From assembly GCF_020745735.1 (NCBI RefSeq), contig NC_083427.1, positions 744,001 through 808,000 of the forward strand: a stretch of 64,000 nucleotides of DNA, read 5' to 3'. Source of the DNA: Hemiscyllium ocellatum. Its lineage: Eukaryota. The number at the start of each line of letters is the position of its first letter. Positions within the stretch are counted from its first letter, which is position 1. The notes under the pieces are model-generated. The model searched no databases, had not been told where the DNA came from, and saw nothing but the letters and a program-made list of their open reading frames with translations. Positions 52,540 through 64,000 of this stretch are shown here, in pieces. The translations under genes and the position numbers were made by a program.

Positions 52540-53600
52540 AAAGAGACTCTTAGGGACAGTATTTCGGTAATGTCCAAATGGATATAGTGAGGCATTTGCC
52601 GAGGTCCAACGTAGAAGACTTGTCAGAAAAATAAAGCCCATGAAATACAAGAGAGTGCCAAGTTGGATTAAAAAATTGCGTCACCGACAGGAAGCAATGT
52701 TTAACACTGCAGAATGTGTTCCTTTGTTTTTGACCATCTCCAGTGTTGTATGACACGACTTAGTGTTTTATCGTTCGGCATTTGAGGTGAACATTCATGA
52801 TTTATATTTTAATGTGAAAGTTTTGATTTGGATTTCGTTGATGATACAGAGGCAGTGGCATCGATTATATTAATGATAATGGCCGTCAAATGCAGCTTTA
52901 TATTACTGGTTCAGTTCTGCCAGTGAAATATGATAATTTGAATTCAGTCTGTAAGTGGGAATATATGAAGTGAAGAGGATGTCAGAAACTTTGCAGCATA
53001 CGTCCACCGGTCCATGATTGCTGAAGAACAGGTGACGAAATATGTTAAAAAAAGGCATGTGTGAACCAATGAGATGTTTTCCTGCTTTTGATGAAATGTT
53101 GAACACTAAATGTATTCAATGCGGCAGTTTTGTGTTGAGTCCAGGTCACCACGTTCGTGGGAAGGCAAAATTGTTCAGGATAGGGGACAAGTTGTACAAG
53201 AATGCTGTGAGAAATTTTAAATGGATGTACCATAGTTGTTTTCCTCCTAAGACAGGCGGCAGAGTTCTAACTAAATTGAACAGTACAAAATAATGAGGGT
53301 TTTATGTAGTATGGGCAGCGAAGTCATGTTATTATTGCAGGGAAGCCATAGGGAAATACATTAGTGTATTATACACAAGTAAAGTTTTTTTTTTCAGTCA
53401 CATTCTGTAATTAGAACAAAATAACTGATCGTCGTTTAAACAGAGGGTACCTCTAAGGACGACATGGGAAGTAAGGGAGAGAAAAGCATTTCCACCCGAT
53501 ACTGGGGGCTGTCTGTGATTTGCTTCCTGGTTTGATGGTTGAGACAGAAATCCTCAAGTTATTTGGAAGCAGTTTGGATGTGAAGCTGGGGCGTTGTGTC
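52540..53600 (+). mobile_element. Highly decayed CR1/L2-type LINE
   Basis: Scattered RT-like sequence (..FVDDT..; 'gggaaagcatttccacc...gtctgtgatttgcttcc' 3' pattern). Heavily mutated. Confidence 0.4.
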
Positions 53601-54529
53601 CTTCAGTAATGTTGTATGGTTCTATAGTTCTGCAAAGTTTCATTCATAACGTGATCGCTAACTTGATCTCTTCAAATCTGCCAATGGAACTTTATTTGTG
53701 GGAGCTATTTTGAACTTAGAATGATTCATTTTGGATCAAGTTATCAGTCACTTGGAGAAACGTGCATTAATTACAGAAATGAAGCCATGATTCAAAACAG
53801 GAAAAAAAAAGGAGTTCAAATAATTGATTGGTATTTTGACGAGGTCACGAAGTGTTATATTTTGAAATGCTGACATGAAATTGCAGAGGAAGAGAATCAA
53901 TACTTTTCGACAATTGTAAAGTCACAGAATGCAAAGACAATTGTAAAAGATGACAGGAAGTAATATAATTGCCAAATGAGGTGGAGTATCTATGTGCTTC
54001 CGAATTGAGAAAACATTTATAGTGATCTGTACTGAATAGACCACTGGTTAAATCTTTCTATGAGAACTGGCGTTCTCTTCCACGTCCCCAGTTGTTGCCT
54101 ATTTCACATAATCTTTAATACCTAATTAGCATTTGATTCCACTTTATGCCTGTGAAAGTTCTGCACCGAGTGATGTCAAGTGTAATTATTTTGGATGGAT
54201 TTTGTTTAATTGTTGTTGGTATCAAGAGGCAAGATATTAGTTGGTGGTCACCAGATGCTGTTGTCATCCTCACTTTTTTCTCCAAACGTGAAAAGCACAA
54301 TTGTATGGGATATTAATACATTTTAAGATCCAAAGATGCACAGATTCATAACAGCACAGAAAAGACCCTTTGCTCCATCGTGTCTCCTCCAACATGCACT
54401 AAACGTGCACTAATTGCAATTTCCTGCACTTGTCCCACATCCTTGAATATTGTGATAGTTGAAGTACTTTTCCATTTCTTCAAAGTTTGCAAGGTTTCCA
54501 GTCAAGGTGAAAAGTTGCTGGCAGTTCGC

Positions 54530-56320
54530 AACAAGGGAAACGTGCAGACCTTCTACAGGAATATCAGGAATGCAAGAATGAGTGGATTAAGATTAGGCCA
54601 ATCAAAGATGGTTTTGGAAAGTTGTGTGTGGAAACTGAGTACATAACTGAAGCGCTTAATGAATACTTTTCGTCAGTCTTCATTATGGAAAAGGGAAATG
54701 TTTGTGAGAATGCAGAGATGCAGACTACAAGAATTGATGGGATTATGCTAGACAAAGTGGAGGTTTTAGGAATTTTGGAAGATCTGAAAATAGTTAAGAC
54801 CCCATGGCTAGGTGGGGTTTATCCTCGAATTCTCGGGTAAGCCAGTGAACAGGTTGCAGACCCTTTTGCTTTGATCATTATGTCACCATTCCTGACAAGA
54901 GTAGTGCCAGAAAACTGGATGATAACAGATATTGTTCCTTTGTTTTAGAAGGAGAGTCGGGACAACCCTGATAGTTATAGGCCCGTGAGCTTTACAGTGG
55001 GTTATAAGAGATACGATATATGATCATCTGGAAAGGAATGATTTGATTATGGATAGTCCACATGGTTTTGCGAACTGTGGGTCGTGTCTCACTAACCTTA
55101 TTGAGTTCTTCGAGAAGGTGACAAAGCAGGTGGATGAAGGTCAAGAGGTTGCTGTGACGTATTTGGACTTGAGTAAGGCGTTTGATAGGATTCCACGTGG
55201 TAGTCTCTTGTACAAAATATGGAGTTTCGGGATTGAAGGTGATTTAACAGTTTGGATCAGAAATCGGCTAGCTTAAAGAACATAGAGGATGGTGTTCGAT
55301 GGGAAAAGTTCATCCTGGTTCTTGGTTATCAGTGGCATGCAGCAAGGGTCTGGTCTGGGGGCACTGCTGTTTGTCATTTTGATAAATAATCTAGATGTGA
55401 GCGTTAAAGGATGAGTTCGTAAATTTGCAGATGACACTACGGTAGGCAGAGTTGTGGTTAGTGCCAAAGAATGGTGTGGGCTACAGAGGGACCCAGTTTC
55501 AGAGCTGGGCTGAGACGTGGGAAATGGAGATTAATGTGGAAAAAGTGTGAGGTGGTTTACTTCAAAGAAGTAATGGGTGAGCAAAGTCCTGGGCTTGAGG
55601 TAAAATGTTTGGCAGGGTAGATGAACAGAGAGATCTCGGTTTCCAGGTGCATTAATCCCTGAAAAGTACCACCCAGTTTGATAGGGTTGTTAAGAGGCAT
55701 ATGGTGTATTCGCGTTTATCGGTAGGGGGATTGAGTTTCATAGCCAAAAGATCATGCTTCAGCTGTCCAAGATACTGGTAAGGCCACACCTGGAATATTG
55801 CATGCAGTTCTGGTCACTGCACTATCAGAAGGATGTTGAAGCTTTGGAAAGGGTTCAACGGACATTTTCCAGGATGTTGCCTGGTATGGAAAGAAGGTCT
55901 TTTGAAGAAAGGCTGAGGGAATTGAGGCTGTTTCCGTGGGAGAGAAGAAAGTTGAGAGGTGACTGAATCAAAATGGATCAGATCATAACATGGTTTGATA
56001 GGGTGGGCAGTGAGAGCCTTTTTCCTCGGATGGCGATGGCTAACATGAGGGGACTGAGCTTAAACAGAGGGCTGTTAGATTTAGAACAGATATTCGGGGT
56101 AGTTTCTTCACTCAGAGATGACTAGGGGCGTGAAATACTCTGCCTGCAGTAGTAGACTCGCTGAAGTTAAGAGCATTTAAATGGACATTGGGAATACGTA
56201 TAGATAATACTGTAATAGTGTAGGTTAGAAGGGCATCAGTTTATTTTCACAGGTCGGTAAAGCATTGAGGCCCGAAGGGTTTGAACTGCTCTGTAACGTT
56301 CTGTGTTCGATGTTCTATGT
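54530..56320 (+). mobile_element. CR1 LINE (~1.8 kb)
   Basis: ORFs 54622-54840 (KTPWLGGVYPRIL), 55043-55276 (HGF..CGSCLTNLIEFFE...YLDLSKAFD) and 55754-55966 (LVRPHLEYCMQFWS...RRKLRGD). Confidence 0.92.
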
Positions 56321-56329
56321 TACTTCGCC

Positions 56330-57250
56330 AATCTGTGCATTCCAAATTCTATCGACGTGTTGAATGACACTCTGAACCTCATGCCCCTGTCGTGATTGAC
56401 TCCTCAACGAAAGTGGGGGCAGGTGTTCTCTATTAAAACTTTCCATACCTCTCGTAATCGTATACACGTAAATCATTACCCCTTCTGTCTACTCTGTTTT
56501 GAAGAAAATGATCCAAACACTATCTAGGGTCATAAGATAGCTCAATTTCTCCGTGCCGGGCAACATCCTGGTGAACCTTCCCTCTCTCCCCTCTGATCCT
56601 ATCTCATCCTTCCTGCCATGACAAGACCAGAACTGGACATCGTACTTCAAACCTGGCCTTACTAATGTTTTGTACAAGTCCAAAATTACTTTTTAATGCG
56701 CTATGGCACGACAGATGAAAACAAGTGTGCCCTAACACTACTTCATCTTGTTTCTTCTTCCAAAGCATATTATCTTGCACTTATTAGGGTTGATTATCGT
56801 CTGTCTTAGGTCTCCAATCACCCAATAGGATTTTGACTATTTACCACTCTTCCAAATGTGGTATCTTCTGCAAGTTTGCTTCATGTTCCTCCTTCCCCCA
56901 CATTCTTATCTGAATTTTTGTGTATCTAACGAACAATAAGTTTTCTTAAACTGCTGCGAGTGGTGTATCATTTCACACAAGGCTCCAGTGATCCAAACAG
57001 CCTTCTGTCATTGTCTTTGGGTTCGTTTATAGAGCTCGCTTCTGATCTGGTGTGAAAGCTTTCGCTCAGGTCCATGTGCTTTAACTGTCTCAAATAATGT
57101 ACAGTAAGAGGTCTTCCAAAAGCTTTTATGCAATCCATATATAAACTACATCAACTGATCTCCTGTTGTCCACACATTTTATTGTATTTTCAAAAATTTC
57201 CAACAAATTTGCTATTCATGACATCCCTCTGGGAAAGCCATGTTTATTAT
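56330..57250 (-). mobile_element. CR1 LINE fragment, tail-to-tail with the preceding copy
   Basis: Minus ORF 56489-56683 LYKTLVRPGLKYDVQFWS...RFTRMLPG. Confidence 0.75.
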
Positions 57251-57468
57251 TCTCTGCCCTCTATTGCCTGGTCTCACAACTAAATACTCTACTCTGTCAT
57301 GGAAGTCCCATGGTAGATCATTAATTCCTTTACTGAAGTTTACTCAGTCTGACAACGAATGTATCAAATATCACACAATTGCCAGTGCCTTGATATTACA
57401 GAAAATTTACTGGGATTTCTTTTGTCGACGTGACTAATTTTTCAAAAAACATTATCCACTAATTGTAG

Positions 57469-57626
57469 GTATCCCTGAAATAAAAGAGGACCCGGTAGAC
57501 TATGACATCGAAGAAAACGAACAAGAAAATTTCAATGGAGATGCCAACAGTTCATTATCCATTATGACGTTTGTCGTCCTGTTTATTCTTAGTACGCTGT
57601 ACAGCACATTTGTAACTGTGCTTAAG
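57469..57626 (+). CDS. IgNAR: IgNAR transmembrane exon TM1
   Basis: aattgtag| (G)IPEIKEDPVDYDIEENEQENFNGDANSSLSIMTFVVLFILSTLYSTFVTVLK|gtaaga: acidic spacer plus the conserved antigen-receptor TM motif (TF..LF..S..YST.VT). Phase-1 entry, phase-0 exit. Not in the ORF track. Confidence 0.95.
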
Positions 57627-60162
57627 GTAAGAACACATTTTTCATAGCTGAGTTACATTTGGCTTTCATAGATGAAGTCAAGCTAATCTGCACATAATAA
57701 TGCAGAGGTATTTCTAAAAAAAATCATTTATCCTCTTCAAATTGATCTCAAGTGATTAACTGCCGTCTTGAATAAACGTCCTCATGGGATGATTGCACAG
57801 AGGAATGCAAACACACATTTTTTTTTAAAAATGCGGGATTTAGGAACCAAAATATGTAAGTCATTGAAATAATGCTTCACTTGTAGTGTCAGCTCATAAA
57901 AGGATAGAAAACTTTTTTTTCAAAAAATGGAGTTCATACTTTGTTGTAATAAGCTAGACACGGTGAAATATATTGAGACTCGAGAGTATAAAGGTAAAAA
58001 AAGGATGGAAAAAGTTCAGCACAAATTGTTTCAAATAGTTCTTCATCTCCATGAAGGAATGACGAAAATATTAGTTAATGAATCAGATTAACTAGTGACA
58101 GATCAAAGTGAATTTATAGAAAAAGCATCGGCATGAGAGGCGACTTTATTTGTAACATGCAGGATTCTTCCAGATCTTTACAGAATAGGTGCAGAAATAG
58201 TTTTTAAAAATATACTATAAAACCAGATTCTAGTCCACCAGTTGCATTTGGAAGCACGGGTTTTCAGAGCGCTGATCCTGTGAAGTGTGATTTTTAACTT
58301 TATCCACCCCAGTCCAATACCAAATCCTCGACATCATGCAGAAAGATTGTTTGACTTGGTGGTGGATTAATACAGGCACAGAAGACACAAACAGAATTTC
58401 TACGGAGTTGTGCTGATCTAACTATTCTAATCCCACGTTCCAGCATTTGAGTTGTATGTTAAAATTCTTGAAGTGTTCATCCACGTCAACATTTAAATAT
58501 TATAACGTATTTTCTCACATCTACTACCCTCCGAGGCATTGCCCTGCAGATGCCCACTACCGTCTGGCTGAACAAATACTTCATAAAATTCATTCTAATA
58601 CACCTACCCTTCAGTTTCAATTTGTTCCTTCCTAACTGAATGAAACAACAGTCTCCCATCTACCCTGTCCATGCCGCTTGTAGTCATATACATCTCAATC
58701 ACGTTCCCCTATCTATTTCCTCTGTTGTAAAGAAAACAACCTGGATGAACAAAGTATCTGTTAATCGTTAGAGCTTAATCTTCTACAAACTCCCTCCACT
58801 TAAAAAAATTCCTTGGTGTCGTGTTGTAAACACAACTACACACAGTAATCCAGCTGTGGAAAAACCGAACTTTTACAAAACTCCAACATCACCGTCCTGA
58901 TCTCACGTCTCTGAAATACGTACTGATAAAGGCAAGGGTACAGAATGTCTTCTTAAAAAAAGGCACTCGGCATCCACACAATTTTGAGTGGGCGACCTCA
59001 ACATCTCCAGCATCTTTTATCAGAGGAAATGGTTCATCACATCACTCCCTGTTATGTTAGCACTAATTAATACGGTTACCAAGCATACTCTGTGACCATC
59101 ATCATCAATATCACCATTAGATCATGATGATTGAGTTACCACTTCAATACATAGTTTTGATGGATCTCAAGAGTTATCCTGCTTCACTGCATTTCGCTCA
59201 GAACTAATTTCAGCCACCTTGTGTAATTCACCTTAATAGAAATTCACCATGATCACTGCAGACACGACATCGTTTGATTGACTCTGCATTATGCAGAATC
59301 TGCCACCAATATATCCTTCTTGCCATATGTCCTCTGCAGCCAAATGCAAAGTTAAAAATTCGGTGTGACTACAACAGGATGCCCCACTCATTGTTTCCCA
59401 CACATATCCTTGAATTAGGAATCTGTAATCTATTAATGAAAAACAAACAAATACAAAAGCTCTGAAGAAAGTTCACTGCACCTGCAGCATTAAATCTGGT
59501 TTCACTGTACAGATGCTGCCGGAGGTTTTCCATCAATTTCAACATTTGTTTTTGATTTCCAGTATCCACAGATCTTTAGCTTTTTGATTAATGATAATGC
59601 TTTGTCTGAGAGAAAAAAATCCTGCATGACAATTGGTTGCCTTGCAAACAGGTGAAAGCCGCATTTCACGGGGCAACCGATTGAAATAGAGAAGAAGATT
59701 CATAGATTTTGTTTTGAGATTTTCAAGGAGTAGTCAACGGCCATATTATAATTTTATGTTTTAATCTCTTGTGCTTAAATAACACCCTACAGACGTAGGG
59801 TGCCGTCAGTTCATTCTTCCAGCTTTGCTAGAGCATTGAATACTGTTTCTCCTGGAATTTCCCACTCTAACTTTAGAAACTTGATTCTCAGCAGATTGCC
59901 GATATATGCTGCAGAGTGCACTTTTACATTTTGTACTTAAATGGCATCGGAAACACGTAATTGTCCCAGCGTTACTGCACCAGCGATCACTTTGTCAGCT
60001 GCAAACTCAGTTTTCAGTGAGGCTGTTCCAAGTTGCAAGCAGAATGATGGAGTCGAGAGAAAATTAATTCAATTAATTTATTAACAGGAACTCAGAATTT
60101 GTTGATGTTTTGTAATGAAATTTGAACTGTCTTCGCCAACTGAAAACAACCTTACATTTGCC

Positions 60163-61035
60163 CAAAAGAGAGAAAATGCTGGAAAATCTCAGCAAATTTG
60201 GCAGCATCTGGAAGGAGAGAAAAGAGCTGACGTTTCGGGTCTAAAAGATCCTTTGTCAAAGCTAAAGAAAGGGAGAAATAAGGAGGTATTTATACTAGGA
60301 TGAGAGAAGGTGCCATTTATACATGGCTCCAGAAGCAAAGGTAGCAGTAAAGAGGTGATAATGACAGTACAGAGAGAGGTTATAGGTTTATTAGAAGCTG
60401 AAGCTGAAGGTTGGGGGAAGGGGGCGAGATGGAGGGCGGGAATTGGTGAAGCAGAGGCAAAATGGGAAACGAGGGGAAGGGTAGCAAAGGGGGAACAGGA
60501 GAGGTAAAAGGTGATGAAAGAGTGGGGAGCGAGAGAAAGACAGACAATTAAAAAATAAGAGGCACAGAACAGTGAAAAAAATAGAAAATCAAGATAAATG
60601 AAACAAATGAAATGAAATTAAGGAGCAAAATGAAAACAGAGGGGTCGAGATGGTGTAATCATCTGATGTTGAATTCAGTGTTGAGACCGGCAGGCTGTAA
60701 TGTGCCTAGTCGGAAGATGAGCTGTTGTTCCTTCAGTTTGCATTGTGCTTCACTGGAACATTGCAGCAGGCCAAGGAAAGACATGTGGGTATGGGAGCAA
60801 GATTATGTGTTAAAGTGGCAAGCCACGGGAAGATCCGGGAACTGATTGCGTACAGATATGGCTCCATAAGCAAAGGTAGCAATAAAGAGGTGATAATGAC
60901 TGTGTAAATACCTCTCTATTTCTCCCTTTTTTTTAGCTTCGAGAAAGGGTCAGTTCGGCTCGAAACGTCAGCTCTTTTCTCTCCTTACAGATGCTGCCAG
61001 ACTTGTTGGGAATGTGTAGTATTTTCTCTTTTTTG
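60163..61035 (-). mobile_element. Penelope-like element with ~130-bp terminal inverted repeats and a GIY-YIG C-terminal fragment
   Basis: TIRs ~60163-60295 and ~60904-61035 share a perfect 24-bp core (60214-60237 vs 60961-60984). The minus strand at ~60670-60840 reads PDLPVACHFNT*SCSHTHMSFLGLLQCSSEAQCKLKEQQLIFRLGTLQPAGLNTEFN, typical of the Penelope endonuclease tail. Confidence 0.8.
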
Positions 61036-61437
61036 GTTTCAGATTTCAGCATCCGCAGTAATTTGCTGTTTTCTTACATTTTCCCACGCGAGCCGTGATC
61101 TAACTTTATTTCGTTTGATTTGGTAAATTGCCAGAGAATTTCTCTGCGCAACATTTGCTATGCTACTGAACTTAATCTCCTCTACTAAACATGAATCTAT
61201 GCTTCATTTATTTTTCTTCCAAGTCCAAGTTTCTCTTTGTACATTGCATACTGAAGAAACGTCTAACCAGAGTTGAGGTTACCTGGTCATGGAGTTTTTT
61301 CAACCCTTTCCAGATCACAACACATACCACTCGAATTCATAATGATAGTCTGCGATTTGTCTTTTGTGTATGCTTCAGAATGTTAAACGTTTTTATAGAT
61401 TTTCTTCTCGTAATTATTGGACTTTTGCTCTCTGCAG

Positions 61438-61446
61438 GTGAACTGA
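61438..61446 (+). CDS. IgNAR: IgNAR TM2 exon coding part (V-N-stop)
   Basis: Strong polypyrimidine acceptor tttcttctcg...cttttgctctctgcag|GTG AAC TGA, in phase with TM1, giving a KVN tail analogous to the KVK of IgM. Confidence 0.72.
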   Translation: MN

Positions 61447-63609
61447 CCGTCACTGCTGAAAACAATTACTTCTGATTTCATTGAAAGCTTGTGTGTGAAG
61501 CTCCATCGGTTGCTGATTAGAAATGGCATTGAATTGATTTTTGCTCTCAATCATATCGGCCCTTCCACGGTATCACTTCAACGTGTATTCTTATGTGATC
61601 TCAACTCAGGAATGAGAACTATTTGCATATTTTTGTCATTAACGTTTGCCTTCACGCTTTCTTTTTCAAGTGTTGGTGTTAAAGAAATTTCATGAAACTG
61701 CTACAAGCTAAGGAAATCACTCTTCGCCATTTAAATAAGCTGAAGACGAATCTTTCAAAATTGCCAATTGTTGGCAATATTTTGAAAAAACTTGAAGTGT
61801 ATCCTATGCTACTCCCTTGCTAGACTTGTGTTCAATACATCTTTGAGAAAGGTAACCAGAGAAACCTACCAAACAGGCATGCAATCAAGTATAGAATTCT
61901 TACCCAAGAGCATTAGATAGATAAAAGCCTATTAATTTGACAGAATGTCAAGTCATTACTATAGAAGACATAGGAAATGCATTTTCCAAGACTTGAAAAC
62001 AAATCTACAAGCATGAATATTTTTCTCCTCACTGTTGTTATTGATTATCTGACATTTCCTCTGTTCAGCATTTTTACTTGTGATAAGTGATAAGGCTATC
62101 AATGCTGAGTTTGAGCAATTGCTTCGTTTGCTAGAACCAGCAGAGGGACCGATTGAGACTATCTTCAGGATATTTCGAGATACAGAGCCCTGTGAACACT
62201 TAATACAAATTCCTGAGTGTAGCATACAATTTGATTCCACCTTGAAAAAGTCGCAGGATTTCACATTCTCGTAGAAATTCAATGGACGTTGTACCCTGCC
62301 ATTACTATCCGTAAAACCACATATGTGGAAATGTGTTCAAGTATAATTGCTTATTTCAAACAATGGTTACGAATTCCCAGAAACATTGTTGTTATGAGAC
62401 AATAGGTGCACTAAAGCAAGTTCATGAAGTGTTATTTTCAAACAGGGTTCAAATGACTCATTGTCTCTCTCTACTAACAAAAACAAAAGAAGTCTAATTG
62501 GCACCAGATACTGTGTAACATCACAGTTAATAATTAAATGACCTATTTCTGTGCTGTTTATTTTGCTGCAAACTTTCCAAGTTGCAATGGAAGTGATTAA
62601 ATGTAAGAGAATACATTTAGTTTGAGTGGATCAGAGATTCATTCTTGAAATTAATGAGCCATTCACACCCTTGTAAGCTCTTCTGCTTGCTCAGTACCTT
62701 CATCCTATTCCCACATGTGTTTTCAAGCCTTTGAGTTAATTTTATTGACAAGACTGCAATTCTTATGATTTTCAAAATAAATGAAGTGTCACAAACAGAT
62801 GAAACTTGCACTCATTTGTGCAAACTGTAGAAATGTAATGTTGCCTACAATTTACATCAGTGTTGTAATATAATTTAGTTATTGACTTCCTATTCTGTCC
62901 AGGCAGTGGCGTGAAATGTACTTGCTATTATCTACTCCATATTGCCAATCATTTATATGTTGTAGAAATTCTGACCTTCAATCTAACATGATTTCAAAAT
63001 GTAATGTTATTCAGTTCGTTCCACAGATTACGTCAGTATTCACATATTTTGCCTCATAAATGATTTTCCGTTTGCAAATAAAATCAGTTTTTAATTAAGC
63101 AACCGATGTACAGAGCTTTATTCATTTACTTTCAAAGTTTGCTGGCCGTAACAATCGTCAGATTGAATTGAAACTCAGTCCTGTCAAGTTTGAAGCATTG
63201 ACACGATCAAACCTTATTGCCCAAGCACAAACTCTCCTTGCGAGATCATACTTTTTTATCTGCTACAATCTCTGTTACATCGGGGACAGCAAAAGCATGT
63301 GAGGATGTTAACTGAATTGAAGGGGTATTGGCTGGCACTGTTTGATCCCATGCAATGTATATCCTTGTATTTATGCAGAGTAGAGCGACAAGTTTTGATA
63401 ATTATCATGCAACAAAGATGAGGGATAAAACGTCACTGAATTACTGCCACAGATATTAGTCATCAACGGAATCTAGTCTTCAGTTCAAAATTCTTCCTGA
63501 AAGATGTAAGAATTACATCTATCTGTAATGAATCAGAAACGCTATTCAGTAATGAATGAATCAATTATTGAAGACTAATCAGCAGATCTTGATACCTTGG
63601 CCCTGGAAA

Positions 63610-64000
63610 TTACTACCCAAGATCCATAAACCTGACTACCCTGGCTGCCCAATCATCTCAGTTTCCTCCTGTCCAACTGAACTCATCTCCACATACTTGC
63701 TTACTGTCCTGTTCCTCCGGTCCAGGAACTCCCCACATATATTCAGAGACCATCCACGCCTTCCAACCCCTCCAATACGTTCACTTCCCTAGTCCCTGAA
63801 GCCTCATTTACACCATGCTCGTCCATACGGACAATAGAACTCCATCTGCCATGACGAAGGCCTCCAAGCCATCCGTTTCTTCCTCGACAGCTACCTCCAC
63901 GAGTGGCCTTCCACGAACATTCTCATTCATTTGGATGAACTGACCCTCACCGTGAATAATTTCTTCTTTGAATCCTCCCACTTTCTCCAGACAAATGGAT
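63610..64000 (+). mobile_element. Penelope-like element reverse transcriptase fragment (runs off the window)
   Basis: LPKIHKPDYPGCPIIS..SCPTELISTYL, frameshift, PVQELPTYI, then HDEGLQAIRFFLD...LIHLDELTLTVNNFFFESSHFLQTNG: characteristic Penelope RT motifs with frameshifts. Confidence 0.85.

Noticed and set aside
62013-62090. Short ORF MNIFLLTVVIDYLTFPLFSIFTCDK resembling the IgNAR leader (possible next cluster)
   Set aside because: Only the first 11 nt match, there is no splice donor at the leader position, and no V exon or RSS follows.
61959-62420. ORFs 62080-62274 (+) and 61959-62282 (-) as a novel gene or R2/NeSL-like fragment
   Set aside because: No convincing motif or splice structure; probably old repeat or 3' flank sequence. 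A TBLASTX search would be needed.

Overview
Eukaryotic, repeat-rich, AT-rich genomic DNA from a cartilaginous fish. The VNAR framework (YWYFTKKG...SLSTSGRYS) points to a carpet shark such as a bamboo or epaulette shark; this is an inference from recalled sequences. The window holds one complete, unrearranged and apparently intact IgNAR (heavy-chain-only antibody) cluster on the + strand. The order is octamer/TATA promoter (~26.0 kb), leader, type II VNAR, three D segments, one J, C1-C5 with secretory tail, TM1 (57.5 kb) and TM2 (61.4 kb). All RSS pairs obey the 12/23 rule and all exons splice in frame. The rest is mostly decayed CR1/L2 LINEs, HE1-type SINEs, a Rex1-like LINE, Penelope-like elements and their hammerhead-bearing hairpin derivatives, plus a mosaic ~10 kb local duplication at 2.1-12.1 kb. 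IgNAR is a known system and I see no evidence of a wholly new one. The best candidates for undescribed biology are (i) a 150-bp copy of the C4 exon end and splice donor pasted into a LINE in the C3-C4 intron, which creates a possible in-frame 27-nt micro-exon, (ii) a core-intact sense-strand minimal hammerhead ribozyme in the J-C1 intron, (iii) a perfect octamer in the promoter, and (iv) a degenerate D1 3' heptamer. Gene-segment coordinates were counted by hand from the sequence; repeat boundaries are approximate and family assignments rest on recalled motifs, not database searches.
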